IMG/VR virus record: IMGVR_UViG_3300037167_000012
Location: 1 to 57,215 of that record
Reading direction: 5' to 3' (one strand)
DNA length: 57,215 bases
Source: a virus
Lineage: Duplodnaviria; Caudoviricetes
The translations under genes were made by a program, and so were the position numbers. Each line of letters starts with the position of its first letter. The first letter of the stretch is position 1. Shown here piece by piece: positions 53,983 through 57,215 of this stretch. The notes under the pieces are model-generated. The model ran no database searches. It was given only the letters and a program-made list of their open reading frames with translations, and had not been told where the DNA came from.

Positions 53983-54002
53983 GTGCTGTTCAACGCTGCC
54001 GA

Positions 54003-54227
54003 TTAGTTGTTCTTCGTGTTCGCCTTGGTCTCGACCCGGATGGTCGCACCCGCCGGAGCGTCGGTGGAGAAGTCAATCTCCACGCCGCCTACCAGCGCGC
54101 GCACGTTGTCGCCGTAGCCCAGAATGGCACGGATATTATGGTCGTTGACCACGTCGCCCACGGTGGCATCAGTGGGGAACTGGCGTGAAGCGCGGTCGGT
54201 GCCGCAGACTACAATAATCTCTTTCAT
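54003..54227 (-). CDS. Ubiquitin-like (beta-grasp) protein, 74 aa
   Basis: IIVVCG...RQFPTDATVGDVV...VRALVGG...GATIRVETKANTKNN; beta-beta-alpha-beta pattern; adjacent to E2/E1/JAB. Confidence 0.75.
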   Translation of the reverse strand: MKEIIVVCGTDRASRQFPTDATVGDVVNDHNIRAILGYGDNVRALVGGVEIDFSTDAPAGATIRVETKANTKNN

Positions 54228-54273
54228 GTGTTTTTCTTTTGTTTGGTTGATGATGTTATTGGGACAGCTCGAC

Positions 54274-54711
54274 TTAGCCTCCCACCACGTCGCTGACCTT
54301 GATGGCGCTGGCCGAGAGAGCCAGCAGCGCCTCGCGGTGCTTGCCGATGCGCTCACAGGCCGCGTCAATGTTCTTCTGCTCGCGGGTGATGTCCGCAACC
54401 AGGTTGACCGAGAGGATGCTGACCCTGTCCTGCTCAGCCTTGTTCGCCCTCTCAATGGCCTTGATGATGGTATCCGTGTTCGGATTGCCGTCATTGGGCA
54501 GCTCGGTGCCGCCCATAACCGCGCTGAGCGTAATGGAGGCGTTGGCAATCTTCAGGATTTCCGCCTGGAAACCCTTGATGCGGTCGTTGAAGCCGCGAAT
54601 GCTCGCCTGCTCGCCGGTGATGAGGTTGATGAGACGAACGCCCTCGCGCTCGACCGCCTCCTGGTTTGATTTATTGGTCAGTTGAACTGCCGTTTGCACT
54701 ATGGTTGTCAT
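54274..54711 (-). CDS. Coiled-coil protein with an internal duplication
   Basis: NKSNQEAV...ITGEQASI and NKAEQDRV...ITREQKNI halves. Confidence 0.7.
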   Translation of the reverse strand: MTTIVQTAVQLTNKSNQEAVEREGVRLINLITGEQASIRGFNDRIKGFQAEILKIANASITLSAVMGGTELPNDGNPNTDTIIKAIERANKAEQDRVSILSVNLVADITREQKNIDAACERIGKHREALLALSASAIKVSDVVGG

Positions 54712-54844
54712 AGTTTTTTGTTTGTTGTGTTTTCTTGCAAGTGAGCGGGGCCGATTGGCCATTTGCTGCCGCTCTCAACATCGTGAACCACTGCCCACGA
54801 ACTCACCGCCCGATGATGAACCGGACGGTGACTTCGGGGAAGGA

Positions 54845-55072
54845 TTAAAGGTTGCTCCTTATCCAGAACGGCACTGCATAGGCAAGGAAGTCCGGCAGGA
54901 TTCCCTTGTGCTCAAGTTGCTCGCGGAATGTGCCGTAATATTCCTTGAGCTGTTTGGTTTGTTCCCCCTCATTGACCGGCAACTGCATGATTCTCAGCGT
55001 CTCGGCTATCTGCTCCTTGGTAAGAATGTCGCCGAGCTTCATTGCCGGGTAGTGAGTCAGAAGTTTGCTCAT
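54845..55072 (-). CDS. Hypothetical protein
   Basis: ATGA overlap; 75 aa. Confidence 0.6.
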   Translation of the reverse strand: MSKLLTHYPAMKLGDILTKEQIAETLRIMQLPVNEGEQTKQLKEYYGTFREQLEHKGILPDFLAYAVPFWIRSNL

Positions 55073-55344
55073 GCCAGTTGCCTGATGTGAAGGGTTTGGA
55101 CGTTCTCCTTGTGGTTGCGATGGAGCTTCATCTGCTCCTGATGCTCCCGGACATTCCGCCGGATGATTCGAGTCTCATGGCTGGGTTTGGCCCGGCCAAT
55201 CTGCTTGGGCATCTCCTTGAGCCGGCGAGCAACCCGCGCGGCTGCGTTGTGCTTGTTGTCTTGAGTTCTCAGGAATTGCACCTGATATTTGCTGGCGTGC
55301 TTCGATGAGCGACGCAGCTTCTTTCCACCTTTTGCTTGTCCCAT
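55069..55344 (-). CDS. Basic hypothetical protein
   Basis: GAAAGGAC SD; Lys/Arg-rich. Confidence 0.65.
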   Translation of the reverse strand: MGQAKGGKKLRRSSKHASKYQVQFLRTQDNKHNAAARVARRLKEMPKQIGRAKPSHETRIIRRNVREHQEQMKLHRNHKENVQTLHIRQLA

Positions 55345-55380
55345 ATTAGTCCTTTCAGTTGTTGGTTTATTGCGGTGAGA

Positions 55381-55668
55381 TTATGTCAGTGGGTTGGCGT
55401 CGGATACCAGTTTGTAGGCCATTGCCGCCGCTTGAACAACCATGCCTGCGTGCATGGCTGATGTGATTTCCACCAGTTCGGCGTGGTTCAAGTCCTGGAA
55501 TTCGCGCTTGAATTCCTCCTCCGCCTTGCCCTTGAACTCCTCCAGCCATTCGCCCAGCTTGCCGAGTTTGTCGGCGCTGGTCATTTCCTCAATCCCGACG
55601 CGCTCCTTGGATGATTCGCGCACCCGCTCTTGGATGCCGGATAGTTTTTGTTTGGTTTCGTCTCGCAT
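55381..55668 (-). CDS. Hypothetical protein
   Basis: AAAGGAC SD. Confidence 0.65.
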   Translation of the reverse strand: MRDETKQKLSGIQERVRESSKERVGIEEMTSADKLGKLGEWLEEFKGKAEEEFKREFQDLNHAELVEITSAMHAGMVVQAAAMAYKLVSDANPLT

Positions 55669-55750
55669 AATGTTTGTCCTTTCCCTGCCGCTTCATGCAG
55701 CAGAACAAAGCCAAGGTTGGCTGTCCCTTGGCTTGTGCTCTACCGCCGGA

Positions 55751-55996
55751 TTAGGAATTATCACTGAAGCCTTCAAGCTTTCGGATGGCTTCAAGTGGCG
55801 TCATAAATGTTGGAATCTCGTCTTTGAGGTGGAATGGTTCTGGCTCTATTGGCCGTGAGATTATACGCTTCCGTAGCTGTTCGGATGCGACGGCGGCAGC
55901 TATGCGCGCCTTCTGTCTGTCCTCGCTTTTCCATGGGCCGTCGGAATCGCCAAGCCAAGTGGCGTCGGACATGTCCATTAGTCCATATTCAATCAT
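55751..55996 (-). CDS. Hypothetical protein
   Basis: GAAAGGAC SD before MIEYGL. Confidence 0.65.
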   Translation of the reverse strand: MIEYGLMDMSDATWLGDSDGPWKSEDRQKARIAAAVASEQLRKRIISRPIEPEPFHLKDEIPTFMTPLEAIRKLEGFSDNS

Positions 55997-56076
55997 TTTG
56001 TCCTTTCTTTTGCTGCCATTAAACGGCAGAATCCGCAGCCCTGTTTCCAAGGCTGCGATGTTCTGCTGGCCTGCTA

Positions 56077-56796
56077 TCAGGCAATCGCGGGTTCGGCGAC
56101 CGGCGCTTTGGCTGCGGCAACCGCTTCCTCACGCATCACGTCCCGTTCGAGCTGTTTTTCATCGTCGCTCAGTTGGGCGTCAGTCCACGCTTGCTCTTGG
56201 GCAAGAATGGCTTCGGCCAACGCCCGTTCCTGTTCGACGGTCAGGTCGCCGGTTTTGACAGCGACTTCCGGCGTGGCATCGCTGACTTCAGAGGCCACTT
56301 CAACCGTGTTTTTGGCTTCTTCCGCATCGGCCTTGAGCTTGGCTTCGCGCATCTTGATGATGACGCTCTCATCCACGCCCAGCGCCTTTGCCAGTTCAGC
56401 GGTGTCCACCCGGTCATCACGTTCGACACTGACAACCTTGTAAGTGCGGACGACGCGACCGTCTTTCATGCGGCGCACGCTGATAGGCGTGTTGTGCGCG
56501 GTATAGTCCTGGCTGTCCAGCGCCGCGAGTTCGGCCTTGATGCCTTTCAACGCGTCGTCGGTCATTTCCAGAATGGCCTTGTCCAGCTTGGCGACATTGG
56601 TTTTACCCTCCAGCTTGAGGGATTTGGCCAGGTCGCGCCGCTTGCCAATGGTCATTGCCACGCCCAACAACTCGCCGTCCACCAGCCCGCCAGCCCGTTT
56701 TTCAACAGTCTGAAAGCGGCTGATGCCAGCAGCCAACGTGTCGGTTTCACCGCTGTATGCGAACAGCGCCATTTGATTTCCATTGTTCTCGCTCAT
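56077..56796 (-). CDS. Hypothetical early protein
   Basis: GAAAGGAC SD; 239 aa; acidic Ala-rich C-terminus. Confidence 0.7.
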   Translation of the reverse strand: MSENNGNQMALFAYSGETDTLAAGISRFQTVEKRAGGLVDGELLGVAMTIGKRRDLAKSLKLEGKTNVAKLDKAILEMTDDALKGIKAELAALDSQDYTAHNTPISVRRMKDGRVVRTYKVVSVERDDRVDTAELAKALGVDESVIIKMREAKLKADAEEAKNTVEVASEVSDATPEVAVKTGDLTVEQERALAEAILAQEQAWTDAQLSDDEKQLERDVMREEAVAAAKAPVAEPAIA

Positions 56797-56915
56797 TTTA
56801 CTCTGTCCTTTCGGTGATGCGGCCTGTTTCAGTAGCCGACCGCATCACAGGTTAATGCTACGCTCAGACGCCGAAGCGATACGACCGTAACATTCAACCG
56901 GGGCAGAGCCAATGA

Positions 56916-57107
56916 TTACGCCATCACCGATTCCATGAACGCATAGTCCCGCAACCGCATCGCATACCTGACCTCATCGGGCAAGTCATCGTAGCGCGGC
57001 AGTTGAGCCAGCGACTTTATCTGTTTTGGACGCTCAACCTTGTTCGCCTTGTGAACAGGTCTCACAGCGTCACTCAGTTTCATTTCATACTGTGGTGCTT
57101 GATACAT
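56916..57107 (-). CDS. Hypothetical protein, first gene of the leftward operon
   Basis: GAAAGGA SD. Confidence 0.55.
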   Translation of the reverse strand: MYQAPQYEMKLSDAVRPVHKANKVERPKQIKSLAQLPRYDDLPDEVRYAMRLRDYAFMESVMA

Positions 57108-57123
57108 AGTGTGTTCCTTTCAC

Positions 57124-57215
57124 ATATAAATAGCGTGATACCGGGGAATTATCGAGACGCCTGGTTGACACAGCCCAGCATATGCGCCAAATTGTGACAG
57201 CAATGACTATCACCC
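57124..57215. repeat. Terminal direct repeat, right copy (92 bp)
   Basis: Identical to 1-92. Confidence 0.97.

Noticed and set aside
57124-57215. 92-bp terminal repeat as a true packaging DTR
   Set aside because: Cannot be told apart from assembler overlap on a circular contig without read-end data; used only as evidence of completeness

Overview
The window looks like a complete, circularly closed ~57.1 kb tailed-phage genome: bases 1-92 are repeated exactly at 57124-57215. The morphology is probably podovirus-like (P22/T7-type portal, nozzle, adaptor and ejection proteins; no tape measure or sheath). Host is inferred, not shown, to be Verrucomicrobiota from protein motifs. The + strand (~80-39201) carries a replication-initiator-like gene, three glycosyltransferase genes plus a methyltransferase coupled to the portal, an ATP-grasp ligase, scaffold, GroES, capsid, signal-peptide-bearing fibre-like proteins, a membrane/lipoprotein cluster with no recognisable endolysin, tail genes and a 2603-aa ejection protein. 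The large terminase is inverted inside this block. The - strand (39369-57107) carries primase, RusA-like resolvase, SF2 helicase, DGQHR/ParB-like, PD-(D/E)xK nuclease, MazG-like and RecT genes. Two systems stand out. (1) A five-cassette integron-type attC array at 43027-44624 with no integrase, genes antisense to and running through the attC sites, and a reconstructable empty site inside a phage gene. (2) A ubiquitin-like conjugation set (Ubl, E2, E1/ThiF, JAB) at 49487-54227 whose Ubl lacks a C-terminal glycine. Smaller finds include a 43-aa copy of the capsid N-terminus and a gene overprinted in the giant virion protein. All product calls come from motif recognition by eye; no database searches were run.
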